From assembly GCA_001949185.1 (NCBI GenBank), contig BDGG01000007.1:2252730-2316729 (forward strand): a DNA stretch of 64,000 nt. The letters are read 5' to 3'. The notes beneath the pieces were generated by a model. It worked only from the letters and a program-made list of their open reading frames with translations. It was not told where the DNA came from and made no database searches. A program made the translations under genes and the position numbers. Below, piece after piece: positions 12,634-25,640 of this stretch; the first letter of the stretch is position 1, and every line of letters starts with the position of its first letter. The DNA is from Ramazzottius varieornatus (lineage: Eukaryota; Animalia; Tardigrada).

Positions 12634-13180
12634 TCATACAGTATAGTGTTCCCTTGACTGTTTGATTTATCTGTTTCTTCGAAAATGTTAAATATTTCTC
12701 GACGAAGAGAAATTCAAGGAACGAAACAAACTGTGGAAAAAAGCCCAGCCGGAGTTGAGCATCATTGGATACGTGGGTACAGTGTCTAGCAGGGATCATG
12801 CAGATTACGAACTGTAGGTAGATTTCTTGCAGAAATAGTGCCGGCAAGAACCCCCCAAACCATCTTCAGTGTTACATCAGCCACTTCGCCATTACGTTAG
12901 CCTTTTTGTCCGCCGTAGGCAACATCATTTTTACGTGGTGTCCGGCCTTGCAACCTCGACGTCTAATTCATTCGGTGGTCGATGAATCGAAGAACACAAT
13001 GCAGGTAGTGTATCAGTGTTCTGGTTAACGCTTCCGCATTGCCAAGAAGACAATTATCGTGTCAGTTTCGTTTGTCCTTCAATTGCATAACTGAAACGTC
13101 GATCGTAGCATCGTTCATGGCCACGAAAGCTTAATCTACTGCACCATTTGACTTATTATATTTTCAAAATCGTGGAAGAA

Positions 13181-16100
13181 ATGGGCAGATTTCAGGGTGT
13201 AATTTCTTCTTCTGTCTTCGTTGCTTGTATTTTGTTCGTGAGTATTCCGTGTGGAGTCGAAGCCAAACAGGTGTTTAACTGCACGACACAATCAGGGACC
13301 TTTCCCAATGAGGCTTCCTGTGATCGTTACTGGATCTGTCAATATGGGACGGCCCTGGCGGCAACCTGCAACTTTGGCCTTATCGTACGTCTGAGTTTTT
13401 TGCCAGGACGATGGTCTCAAATAATTCATTCAGCATTTCGGTGACGTTTATACGTCAAGGCTCAACCTTCTTTTTCCTCGAAATTTCTCTTCCGAGTTGA
13501 CTGTATTTTTGGACTTGCTGATTGATAGCGGTGGATGCGGAGCATCGTGTTGCTGACATTTTCCTGGTTTTCTCATTGCAGTACAACCACAAAATCATGA
13601 ACTGTGACTGGGCTAGACCGGAAATTTGCACGCTGATTGAAGGTAATGCCAAGCCTTCCGGTCCCACCTTCAAACCTGTCACCAACAGAAAATACAAAAA
13701 TGCTTCAGAAATCTCTCACACATTTTCGTTTTGGTCTATATCTTTAGTTTCGTTGTAAAAAGGATTCGAAATAATTTACTAAACCGACTAGAAATCGGGA
13801 GGCCGTCCAACAACCTCGGGACGATCGTCACATCAAGTGGCGCACATTTCTCGACAATAACATTGGAGACTGCGCCACTTGGGATAACCGTTACTCTGAG
13901 ACTCTTAGCCGTCCTCCCGGTGCACGAAAATACTTGGCAAAACATTTTCATTACGAAAACTTTGACTTGTATCAGTTTTTGTACGTTTGATACTCTTTAT
14001 GGTCCAGGTAAAGCGGTGAGAGATTGGGTTCCAGCAGCGCCCCCTACATCCGCGCCGGTCATTCTGAACTTGGCCGGTGATGTTGTCACGAACGTCTCCT
14101 TCGACAAGACGCTGAAAGCTGCGTTCATGGATCTCAAGGGCTCGTCCGGTGGGAAGGTTCAACTGAAAGTCAACATGTCCCATGGCGGAGCCGATCTGCC
14201 CCAACTGACAGCTTATCAGGCCGTCATGGCCAAATGGCGCCACAACCAGAAGCTCCTCAAAGAACTGCAACTCGGCGCTGTCACGCAACCGCCAACCACC
14301 ACACGCCAACCAGGTACCTGATACTCCCCGATATTCTTCTGTACAGAGAACACACGCTTCAAATCCATTCGAAAATACAGCGCCAGTTAGTCACATAACT
14401 GTAAACTGGAAGCTTGGCAAACAAGTCCGACGAGGTTGCCTTCCTAAAGTGGCGCACGCTTCCGGACCATTTGGCCATACACGTGCGCCACTGGGGAAAA
14501 CGATTTTGTCGATGTGCCAGATTCCAAAAACCAATTTCGGATCTTTGAATTTCGTTTTGTTTGCGAGTGAAAGGAAAGACTCTGATAAACCACACTAGAT
14601 GGAATCTCACAGCAGACCTGAAAACACTACGGATATTGAGTTAAGCTGATTTGACAGAACGTAAAATGTTCATGAAAAGACAAAAACGTTTTTGCAAGTT
14701 GTTTGTGCAAAATAGACGGAAATGTTGTGACCAAGATAAATTTGTTTATGGTTAGGCTTACTGGGTCCGTCGAATTACATACTGCCCGACAGTGTCACGC
14801 GAGCGCCTAAGAAGACCTACACGGTGAAGCCGTTGGGATCGGCGGCTGTGGCCTGTGACAAGAAGCGCTGCCGACTTCCTGATTGCTATTGTGACGCCCA
14901 GAACATTCCGGGAGACTTGACGGCCAAAGAAACACCACAGATTGTGATGGTGACTTTTGACGACGCCATCAACGGCGGCAACATTGACTTTCTCAACCGC
15001 GTCTTTGCCGAAAACCGCACCAACCCCAACGGCTGCCCTGTCACTGGCACCTTCTTTCTGTCCAATGCCTGGACGGACTACAATATAGTGCGTGAGGTGT
15101 ACCAGAAGGGCCACGAGATCGCTACCCATTCCCTCAGGTATATATCATAGCTGATGCTTGCCGCTTCTGCTCTCCTGCTTTTTTTGCTGGCCTGTCGGCA
15201 GTCCGTCATGTGCTATTGTGTTACACGCACCAAGGGAAAGTTTGGGGCAGTAAAAAGTTTGGAACAGGCGATTCCGAAACAGCGGAACGGACGTTTGTAC
15301 AGTACGTACGTGTGCAATTCACACCAATACACGTTCTAGCAATTTTCTACGGTTGAATTGTCAATTTGAAGTCTTGTCCGCCTCTTGCAAACGTTTTATT
15401 ACTCCAAAGGGATGAATGGATTAAGCTTGGGGCGGCAGAAGAGAGCAAGAAGGAGGAGATGGTTTGGGACTTTGGATACTAGTATACAGAAATTTTGCGA
15501 TGGTGTTAATTGTTGAATTGTTGGCAGCCATCAGGACTTTTCGCGTTACAACGTCAGCCAAATGCGCGGCGAGTACGTGGGGGAGGCCGAAGTGGCACAG
15601 GAGCTGGCCGGTGTCAACATGTCGGATATTGTGGGTATGCGAGCGCCCTTCCTGGCCGTCGGTGGGGACACCATGTACCAGATGTTGTGGGAGAACGGCT
15701 TCCTCTACGACTCCTCCATCCCTTCCTCGCAGACCAACCCCCCACTGTGGCCCTACACCCTTGACTCCCCTCTGCCCCACGCTTGCTTCCTCCCACCCTG
15801 TCCGCGCGGCTACTTCCCCGGCCTGTGGCAGGTACCCATGACATACTTTATGGGTGATAACAATGTCTCATGCTCCATGTACGACGCCTGTACCCTCCCC
15901 TCCGATGTCGACGAACTAGCCGGCGCCTTCTATGACAACTTCCTCAAGCACTACAACACCAACAGGTCACTCTACCGACCATAATCCGCCTAGCCCTTCC
16001 ACCACTATAATCACCCACACTGTCAGTTAACTGACTACTGCGCAAACAAGCTCGACCGAATTGTCTCCCCCAAGTGGCGTAGGCAGGCTGACTTCAAGGC

Positions 16101-16509
16101 ATCTTGCTTGCTGCGCCACTTGACAAGTCTTTTTGTCGAGTTTGCTGGGCAGAGTACGTCCTTCATAACCATGGGCTCAACTGCACTGCAAGCAACCCTC
16201 AGCCTATCCTCAAACTTTGCATGGGTGGAAAGTCCAGCTTGCCTTGATTGGTTTTCTTCTGATAGGTCGCCATTTTTGTTGTCGGCGCATTCGGCCTGGT
16301 ATCAGTCCAGTCCCGACAGGGAATTGGCCTTGCAAGCCTTCATGGATAAGGTACTCAAGCTGGGCGATGTCTGGTTCGTCACAATCCATCAAATGCTGCA
16401 GTGGATGCAGAAGCCGACCAAGCTGGCCGATCTGGGCCATTTTGACCCCTGGAAATGCCCCAAGAGAACTTTTGTCGCCGCTAGTACCACCGCCACAACC
16501 AAGTTATAA
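13181..16509 (+). CDS. Chitin deacetylase (signal peptide, CBM14, linker, CE4 domain; no LDLa), catalytic motifs intact
   Basis: MGRFQGV..signal, CBM14 split over two exons, CRLPDCYC..MVTFDDAIN, GHEIATHSLS|HQD, GMRAPFL, LWPYTLD, RSPFLLSAHSAW; stop at 16509. Confidence 0.9.
13815..13890. repeat. Palindromic module, CDA intron
   Basis: caagtggcgcac-N24-ctgcgccacttggga. Confidence 0.8.
14427..14513. repeat. Palindromic module, CDA intron
   Basis: aagtggcgcac-N25-gtgcgccactggggaaaacgattttgtcga. Confidence 0.85.
16051..16140. repeat. Palindromic module, CDA intron
   Basis: ctcgac..ccccaagtggcgtag-N28-ctgcgccacttg..ttgtcgag. Confidence 0.7.
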
Positions 16510-17833
16510 CAAGGCTTTTTGCTTACGTCTTGATCTTTCTGGCTGTACCTTTCTGGGATTTGGTCCTAAATTTGCCCGTGGCTTAAACTTTGCCCACATA
16601 TGTCACGTATACGTTACAAGCCTAAAATGCCTGTGGGTAGCTAGTGACGTATGTGGGCGAAGTTTGTGCCTCCATTCTTCATGACCTGCCATTGATCTGC
16701 TGTACCAAGTTGCATTGCTTAGCCAAGGTGTTGCTCCTTGGAAAAAAGACGGCCAGAAATCGACAGCCTTAACTTTCCATCCAACTGTGGGGTTCAAGAA
16801 GTTCAGGCACAGTGACGACAGTTAAGAGGAGTGCCGAAGAAGCAAGCCTTATAACTTGGGCCTCAAACTTGTCTACGAAGTGTGGGAATCCATGCCTTCA
16901 TTTCATGCTGGAGGGAGGCCATAATTTAAGGACGACAAGGCAGCCCAGCCCGGCTGATAGTGAAGAAAAGCAAGAGCGAGGCTAACATGGTTATGGATGA
17001 GCGTCAAGGATGCTCAGTGTGGAACAAGTGTGGAACAGCGGTACCTACCTGGGCCGAAGGTGCAAGGTCACTCAACCATGGCACGACTTAGTGAGGAGGA
17101 AGGCAGGGAGAGGGGGGAAAGTGGAGTAGCCGCAGCCGGAAGTCGTTAGGCAAAGCCATTACTGCCTGACGGGGCCGCCTGCAGCCTACAGGCGACGACT
17201 TCCGCTCATATCTGCCTCAAAGAAGGTGTTTGTTCCCTGCTTCCCCTCTTTGACGGCTCGGCTGGGAACCATTCAGACATTAACGGTCCTTAGATGAAGT
17301 GGGCGCATCAAAAGCCCCATGATTATGAATGGGAGGCCATCATGGATGACTGCCGTGACTTTTTCTCCCTTTGGGACAGCCCTCTTCTCATCGAGGATCA
17401 ACTCTTGCGACAACGGCTCTTGGCCATACTGCACACATGGTCCAAGGGACGTTCATCATGCCTGTTTGCGTGCTACATTTCCACTTACAGTACCTGCGTA
17501 CCTGCTACCGCTATTGACAAATGCACTCTTAAGTTAGATGAAGAGACAACGGGGAATTTCCTCTGGCTATACGGCACATTACTTGATCAGCTTTTGAAGC
17601 CAGCTCATAAAGGCTTTCTAGCCATCAGCCATATACTACAAAAGGACGAAAGGGAAGGCTGAAATGCCTGAAAAGGAAACGTCTCAGTTTGATGTGACTG
17701 AGGTTTAGCTGAAGAGGTGTGGTAAGAAAGAGGCGCAGGCAAATTAAGCTTGATTTAGATGTCTGCAATTGGATAGGAGAGGCCAAGCTTGCTTCACAGA
17801 AGCCATGCCAAGCCTCGTATATTTCCGTTATCC

Positions 17834-18436
17834 TTAACCGTATTTGCGCAGGAAGGCATCATTGTCGCTGGAGATCTTGTTCTTCAAATGAAGACGGCGA
17901 TTGGCCATACTCAAGAGCATCTTCTCCCGCAGAACGTCCAGCGGGCTCATGATGGACAAGGTTAAGCCGGTGTCGGACGAGGAAGGTAGGGGACTGCGTT
18001 TGGTCGAGCTGTTGTCTTGTATGTCGCCAAGGTAGAAGTGAGGGTAGAAGGAGAGGAGCGGGTGGCGCCTCCCTGTCGTCGCCCCCTCCCTCCGCCCATG
18101 GGCCGCTTTGAGCTGTAACGGTAGCATTTCCCAATTGTTGCGGATAAAGATATTGGTCGACCTGAGGTTGGCCTGATAAGCAGCCGCTTGACGCTGTGGT
18201 CGCTGGGACAAATCAGCTTGCCTTGCCGCCATCAGTGGCTCAGCGGCCCTCCAAGAAGCACCTTCCAAGGCCCGCACATTCTTCGGCAGCTTTTGGGCAG
18301 ATAAGTCGACGTCTTCTCTGCTGTCGTTGACAACGGCGACAGGATGGGCTGAGCTGGAGGCTGAAGTCAGCGTTAGCAAAAGACAAAGAAGCAAGCAGTA
18401 TCCAGCGCTAAGAAAGATCACAGAGACATTGGCCAT
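17834..18436 (-). CDS. DH44: CRF-like diuretic hormone (DH44-type) neuropeptide precursor
   Basis: Signal peptide MANVSVIFLSAGYCLLLCLLLTLTSA; KR cleavage site, then LTLSIMSPLDVLREKMLL..N..FLRKY-G-stop (CRF/DH signature and amide-donor Gly); CDS in one exon. Confidence 0.85.
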   Translation of the reverse strand: MANVSVIFLSAGYCLLLCLLLTLTSASSSAHPVAVVNDSREDVDLSAQKLPKNVRALEGASWRAAEPLMAARQADLSQRPQRQAAAYQANLRSTNIFIRNNWEMLPLQLKAAHGRREGATTGRRHPLLSFYPHFYLGDIQDNSSTKRSPLPSSSDTGLTLSIMSPLDVLREKMLLSMANRRLHLKNKISSDNDAFLRKYG

Positions 18437-18725
18437 TATTTCGGCGGCTGATACCCAACAACCGACAAGAAACTCCACTGTCAAGTGGTGAGCGACGGCG
18501 ATGGAAAGAAAAGCCAACTGGACCTTGAAGAGTTCCCTTACATAACAGCAGCTGAGTATGCGTAAAGTCGAGCGTACAGAGGTCACCAAGTCGAGATTGA
18601 TGGTTGATCAAAGGGACGCCGGCTCAAAAGGCATGAAAGGTCAGGTTCACTCCACGGCAAATAAATGGCTCTTGCATTGCAGTAAAGCCAAGTAAGCGCA
18701 AATCCACTCAACACGGAATGGTTCC

Positions 18726-18910
18726 CTACTGATTGCGGTCGGGGCTCTTATAGCCTGCTGTAAAGGTGCAGGTGCACGTACGTAAAGTAAAGGTAAAGAG
18801 AAGGATCGCTGCTTGCTGTTGCTGCTGCTGCTGCTACTGCCTAGCTCCCGCCCATCCCACCTTCCAAGGTCTTCGCTTTCTCTCTCGCGCTCTCGCTCTC
18901 TCTCTCTCGT
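18726..18910 (-). promoter_or_regulatory. Candidate DH44 core promoter: TATA-like, Inr-like and GA-repeat tract
   Basis: Minus strand TATAAGAG (18752-18745), TCAGT (18732-18728), (GA)n-rich 18880-18910 and (CAG)n 18820-18840. The TATA-Inr spacing is short (~22 nt). Confidence 0.3.
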
Positions 18911-20139
18911 CTTCTCCGCTCTGATCAATTATGAAACATATTCAATTCCCGGCGGCCTTTGATTTACTCTGCCACATCCATACAATGTACAGTAATGTCA
19001 AAGTTGTTTGGCAAATGGAGCGAAGTGTGATATGGGTCGCTGTGGTCGAGGCTGCCAGACGATGGGCGAGGGTTGGATTTAGGGGAGAAGAGGCATGGCT
19101 GTCGGATCCGTTTGAAGAGTCAACAGCGATTGCGGCTGTCCGCTGGCTGACATTCGCGCTGCGGCACGCAGTGTACTTTACGAGACACATTAATTTACAC
19201 TTCGAGGTAAACTTCACAATTCGGGCGGGCCAGCTTTCCCATCATACAGTAATTCGGGCGACAAGAAAAGTTGATACGTTATTTACCATGCTGTATTGAT
19301 TGATCATGGTACGTCGGTTGATTCAACTTTAGGCTTTTCAACGTTGAGCAGACCCCCCTTCCTTTCACCGCTAATCTGTGTTCGGATGCTATGTCAGCCC
19401 TGGAGTTTCTCCATCAAGGACAAGGACAAGGAAAGCACCACGAGCGGAAAACGGGTACTACAGCGTACACAAAGCAGAATGAAATGCTGGCGGTGCTTGA
19501 AGCGAGGCTCATCCCCTGTATGGTTAACAAGTACTGTAAAACCAATGTGCGGTGCGCGCTTTATGCACTTGTAGCATTCTACAACGCTCTGTCCACCTAG
19601 TTCCCGCTCGTGGTGCATGCACGTCCTTGGCTGCGCCTTTTGGCCATACCGTCGGACACTGCCCATTACGTAATATAACCACCCCTCCCCGATCTCGCAG
19701 CCTCGGCCTCGGACAACCGGTCATTTGCCCAACATATTCCATATTGAGTGTTTGAAGGAGCAGGAGATTATGGTACGACGGTACTGGCAAGGAAGAATCC
19801 GGTCTACATAACATTAAAGGAGTATTAGAGAAGGTGAAAGTCTTTCCGATGAGATTACGAATTTCTCATTTATTGGCGACGGCTGCAACGCAGAAATTCA
19901 GACGGGCCGTGGCATGGTGTGGACCGGTGGACGTCGACGCTGCACGTGCGCATTTGCTGACGACGCCAGGCAATCGCCTAAACATTTCCTGCCAACGAAC
20001 GTAGGAATCATACCATAATCTTCCTTAACTGACTCTTTGTAAGTCATAAAAACCGACTGCTCATTGTTCAATTCGTTTTCCACATTTTGTAACACGGTTT
20101 CTCATTTCACCAACCTGGCCAGAATTTACGCGAAAGTAC

Positions 20140-20920
20140 AGTTCCACCGGCATGTTCCAAAAGCTGGACTGGACGCTGGATGTGGACAATGGACAAACGC
20201 CGGTTGTACAAGTATACGGGACAGCTGGACTGGACAATTCTGGACTGGGCAAAACTGCGTGATATCGGCAACGGACGCAAGACAAATCCACATGGTAGAA
20301 CCGGTAAGACGATGCTTTTGCAGGATATCATTAAAATTCTTCAAACGCGGCGCATGCGAAAGCTTGGACAAGTTCAAAATACCTGAGCGCTGAACAAAGG
20401 TTCTCAGTGAAAATCTGACGAAATGAACGGCGCACTTCACACTCTTCTATTGTCAAACTAAAAAAATATCGCCGACACTGAAGAAATTTTCTGGCTTTTA
20501 ATTGCTCCTAAAATATCCTCCGTTAATTGTTCACAAGGCTGAAACTTCTCTATTCATAAATTTATCAATCAATTGTCAGGTAATGCACGAACAATAATTT
20601 GTGACTGGCTTCAACGCCGGAGAACACATTTCTTTTCCCGGCTGAGAACCTTTGTTCAGCGCTCAGATATTTTCAACTTTTGTAACCTCAGTCATGCGCC
20701 GAGTTTTGAAGAATTTCAATAATATCCTGCAAAAACAATGTCTCAACGGTTCTTCCATCCATGTCACCGAGCTTCCAAAAGCCTTCCATGTTGGCGATAT
20801 TACGCAGTTTTGAGCAAAATTGTCCTGTCCAACTGTCCCTTACACTTGTCCAACCAGCGTTTGTCCAGTGTCCACATCCAGCGTCCAGTCCAGCTCTTTG
20901 AACATACCAGTTCTACCTGT
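20140..20920. mobile_element. Foldback element with ~270-bp imperfect inverted arms
   Basis: 20140-20407 (agctggactggacgctggatgtggaca...ctgagcgctgaacaaaggttctcag) mirrored at 20642-20920; AT-rich centre; no coding capacity. Confidence 0.8.
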
Positions 20921-21054
20921 GAGATGTGATAGTTCAAACGCCCGATTTCATTTGCGAACGTTACATGTGTGCACGGAGCTGCTCGCCATGCTCTTCTCAT
21001 GGGACCGATCAGCTTATCCGACACGTCCTTGTTTACTTGATCAAGTCAAGCCTA

Positions 21055-23854
21055 AGGTCGGGATCACAACGGGGAGGGGAGCACTCTCGTACAGAGAAAT
21101 TTCTGAGCCGCTGCCCAGATCCCTTCCTAGAGAAAATCTTGAGCGATCTTCCGACTTCGGAAATCGTTTTGCATGTTTTGATTGACAGGATTTGCTCTTG
21201 GTCATCCCGCCATCGGGGATATTTTTCTTGATTGTCCGCACGCTACAGACCAACCCGCCCACCGTGGTCTTTGGACTCTGACGTCAGTCAACCTGTTTTG
21301 AAAGTTTTGTCCCATACTTCCGCGTTTTACATCGGGTACCACAGCAAGCGCCCAAGCCGTCCGCAGTCTTTACAGGAAAAGTTCTACGTTGTAATAAGGA
21401 TTCGGCTAATTTATGGTAATGGGGGATAATTATTTTCTTTGAATCGACAAAGTATTACGGGCGTGGGACGAATTTCGTAATCAAGCGGGACACGGTAAAG
21501 ACATTAAAACGGAAGCAAAGCTAGGTCATTGTCATCGTCAAGATCTTGATCCAGGGGCTCCAGGTCTTCGCCCTCTTCAGCAACGTGCTCATCGGCTTGC
21601 TCGTCGCCAACTGCCTCAATGCGGTCTTCCTTTGTGTCGATATCCCAGTAGTCATCCTCAAGCTTGATGCAATGGGCGAAGCTCTTGAGGAAGTCTTCTG
21701 GCTTGAAGATATCAGCAGATTCTTCCCACAGCTTGATCAGGTCAGGCAGCTTTCTGGTGGTGTTTTGCTTGGGGACATACCCGTTGCGGCGGGCCCAGCA
21801 TTTTTCAATCGGGTTGAAGTCACAGTGGTAGGGCGGCAGACGAACTGTCTCGATGCCTTTTTCGGTCTTCAAATAGCCATCCATGTAGTACCTATCGCCC
21901 ACGTGATTTTTCAGAAAGTCCGTCACCTTCTGCCACAGCTCGGCCACCAGTTCCCGCGCACCGAACTCGATCCTATGGTCAGTCAGCCACTGCTGGATTT
22001 CTTTCTTCACTCTCCTGGGTCTTCTGAACTATTGCATCAAGCGGGAATGATAACTTGCGTTATCCAGCACGATCACAACCGTGTCATATCCGTGCAGCCG
22101 AGCAAATTCTTTCGAACGGGGAACCACCACCTCCTTCATGAACCTAAAACCATAACAGCCAAAATGACGTCATCGAAAACTTGAAGCATTGGCATTCCGT
22201 CACGGTAAGAGTTTCATCACAAATTCTTTCATAATCAGAAAGACCCCGTCGACATCTTCATTTTGTCTGCTCGGACCGGAAAGATGCAACCAATGGTTTG
22301 CGAGATGTACTCAAAAAACTCAATTTTGACCCACTTTTTTTACTTTTCCCAAAATCAAGCCACTTGATTGACCTGGTGCAACGAGCAAATCTCTTCCGAA
22401 TGAAAAGACCATCAAAACAGATCATACAACTTTTGATTGACTGATTTGACAGACTGGCTTACTTGTAGTTTCGGTAGTTGAAATTCCCGTGGTACTCCCC
22501 AGTGTGCTTTGAGGCTTCCCAGATAAGTCCAAATCCGGGAACGAATCCCCTATCCGTCACCACGTCGAAAATGACCAGACGCTTTCCCGATCCACTTGGA
22601 TGCGACTGTCCGCAGTCCTTGCACAGGATTTCGGCTGTGCCGATGGATTTTTCCTTATCGAGTTCGATCCAACTCTTGCGAAACTGGTAGTTCTCGTTTA
22701 ACCAAGTCTCGTCCAGGAAGGCAATCAGGGCATTCTTCTGTCGAAACTGACGAACCGCTCGGATGTAACGGATACGCCTGACTTTGAGGCTTGGGTCACC
22801 AAACAGGTGTTTAGTGGACCGATCCCGATATCGGAAGCCCATTCGACGTAGCACACGATACATCGTGGATTTCGACACCTTAACACCGACTTCCTCCTCC
22901 ACCAATGGCAGTAGAGATTCCACCGTGATGTGTATCTTACTCTTGTACTCGCGGTGAATGATCGCACGAATTTTCCCGTATTCCGACTCCTTCAACAAGT
23001 GCCGACCGACGCCCGCGACACCCTCCATTTCTTCGGCCTCGACAACCGGGTCCAAGGTTTCATTTACGTCATCTTCCGGAACGGTGTTGCTCTTGACTGC
23101 AGTTCCGCTCGGTGGACCAGTTATCAAGTCCCAGTTCGTAGTGATGTTCTGGATGGTGCGTGGACTTCGCTGGCACAGATGCGCGATTGCCTTACGGCGA
23201 CCTGCCAGAGTGGTCAGAGTATATTTATTCGACCCAAAAAACGACTGACCCAGAACTTTCCATAAATGAGCAATATGCCTCACATCCACGGGATACAGAG
23301 AAGAACTGGAAGACATCTCTCAGCTTCCTGTTAGTTTTGTCAGACTACGGTATACGCTATTGTAGAATACTGTGGTGCATTTGAAAACTGAGGAGACGGT
23401 TTTCGCTTGTGTTTGATGGAAGCTCTTATCTCTCCAGTTTTTTCCTGGCTGACTCTTCATACTTTCCAGCTGTGATAGGAGAAGACAACAAAGAAGTTGT
23501 CTCGACTCTATCGTTTTCCAACGTGCAGCATGAAGGTCAGATGCCAGAAGGCCGATAAGAATATTGTCTGTGCCGGTACCTTTTACATTTCACGCATGCA
23601 ACAGATTTCATTTTTTGCATGCTGACGTCAGAGTCCAAAGACCACGGTGGGCGGGTTGGTCTGTAGCGTGCGGACAATCAAGAAAAATATCCCCGATGGC
23701 GGGATGACCAAGAGCAAATCCTGTCAATCAAAACATGCAAAACGATTTCCGAAGTCGGAAGATCGCTCAAGATTTTCTCTAGGAAGGGATCTGGGCAGCG
23801 GCTCAGAAATTTCTCTGTACGAGAGTGCTCCCCTCCCTGTTGTGATCCCGACCT
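21055..23854 (-). mobile_element. IS630-Tc1-mariner DNA transposon, Sailor-like (DD85E), 2800 bp
   Basis: 233-bp TIRs at 21055-21287 and 23622-23854 (one mismatch seen), TA TSD at 21053-54 and 23855-56, internal transposase. Confidence 0.92.
21504..23316 (-). pseudogene. Two-exon DDE transposase with a premature stop
   Basis: HTH ..VSKSTMYRVLRRMGFRY, FLDETW, GKRLVI; GT-AG intron 22462-22144; VLDNASYHSR, in-frame TAG at 22031-22029; RLPPYHCDFNPIE. Confidence 0.85.
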
Positions 23855-24074
23855 TAACCGGACGGCGATCTCTCTGAACACAACTGATTTCTCTAAAACC
23901 TCGTTATCGCCACACAAACCGTTGCAACGAAATAACTTTCCCACTGTAGTCGAAAGATCTGATAGTTCTTTGATGGAGCTATTGAACGAGTCACGTGAGT
24001 GATTTGGGATGAGAACGAAAATTACGGTTGGCAAGACCGACCATAAGCGGGACTATAACGATCCCCATTGTTTT

Positions 24075-25640
24075 AGTATTTCGCGTGGTTCACAAAGATG
24101 ATTGGCAATACCCTTGTTTCAAGATAGACGGCAAGTGCTACTTCGATACGGTTCTACCTTTCGGGGGACGGTTCTCACCAGCATTGTTCGATTACATGTC
24201 CAAGCTGCTTGAGTGGTTCGCTAGACATTTTGGTCACGTCAAACATATTTCACACTATAGTGACGATTTCTGGTGGGCCGGCCCACCTGATGATCCTGAG
24301 TGTCAGCGAGTTCTCAACCTTTTCCGTTATTTTTGCAACTATCTGGAAGTGCCAATGGCTGAAGAAAAAACTGACGGTCTTACTACGAAGTTGACTTCTC
24401 TCGGTATAGAACTCGATACCGTGAAACAGACCATAGCTACGCCTGAAGGCAAGATTAAGGAACTAATGGACGAGCTAACAGTTTTCCATCGGAAACCTCG
24501 TGCAACGAAAAACGAACTTCAGAGTTTGATCGGCAAACTCAGCTTCGCCACCAAATGTTTGCCTGCTGGCCGAATGTTCCTTCGTCGTTTTATCGCGCTC
24601 GCGAACGAGCTCGGGACAGTACCGAAAAAATCAAGTTGACGAATAATTTCAAGATGGACATCGAATGGTGGCACAGTTTCTTACCAGGGTGGAACGGGAC
24701 ATGCAGTTTCCTTCAACCCGATGAAACATCAGCAACGTCCATGCATTTTTTCACCAATGCAGCTGGTTCCGTCGGTTGTAGTGCTGTGTTCGGTAATGAG
24801 TGGTTTTTCCTGCCGTGGTCTACACGGCTTACTGAGACGCAACCTCCCATAGCTTTGAAATGTTGCCAGTTTATTTGGCTTGTTTTTATTTTGGGGGGGT
24901 GGGGGGTGAACTGGCAAAGAAGAAGGCTACTGTTACATTCGGACAACATGACTATGGTCTCGGCGTGGCGGAAGCTATCAACTCCACATAATGGCATTAT
25001 GGAGCTGATACGGCAGATACATTTCATAGCGGCTACTAATAGCTTCAACCTACGCATCACCTATATAGCCGGTGTTGATAATTCAATCGCTGATGCCGTC
25101 TCTAGATGCAACTGGGAACAGTTCCGAGCTTTACACCCCACAGCCTTGGAAGAGCCAATGAAAGTCGATTGCGATCTCGAGTTTCTGAAACGTGCATTGC
25201 AAACCGACCATGAGACATTGACTTGACAGTGACTCGACAGTGTCTCGCGATGGCTCGCTAATGAACATTTTGCAAATTCCACCCGAAGAGTGTACGAATG
25301 TTGGACTTCGACACTGCTTGTCTTTCTGTCTGAAATACTCCGAAGATTTCATACCTTCAGCCAAAGAAACCATCCAGCGAATTTCCGTATATCTGTACTG
25401 CAAAGGGCTGAGTCTGGTGGATGCGAAAGTTTACATCTCTTCGGTACGATCGCAACATGTTATAGAGGGTTATGGCGACCCGTCAGCTGATGATACGCGA
25501 CTCAGAGTGATCATGAAAGGCTGGAACCGATCTGTAGTTGGTCAACGCATCAGTAGAGAACCCATCACGATTGATGTACTAAGTAAACGCAAATCATTTT
25601 TGAGTATTCCCGACAAGCACATGTTATGGCATCTCCCACT
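24075..25640 (+). mobile_element. Decayed tyrosine-recombinase retrotransposon (DIRS/Ngaro-like): RT, RNase H, start of YR
   Basis: RT LPFGGRFSPALF..HYSDDF..LGIELDT..LQSLIGKLSF; frameshift near 24600; RNase H FTNAAGSVG..SDN..IAGVDNSIADAVSR; YR N-terminus KVYISSVRSQH..LRVIMKG..REPIT, truncated. Confidence 0.8.

Noticed and set aside
17294-17662. 122-aa ORF between the CDA and DH44 genes
   Set aside because: No recognisable motif, and I could not assemble a gene model; may be UTR or a remnant.
20926-21262. Duplicated small ORFs, also at 23647-24034
   Set aside because: They are translations of the transposon TIRs.
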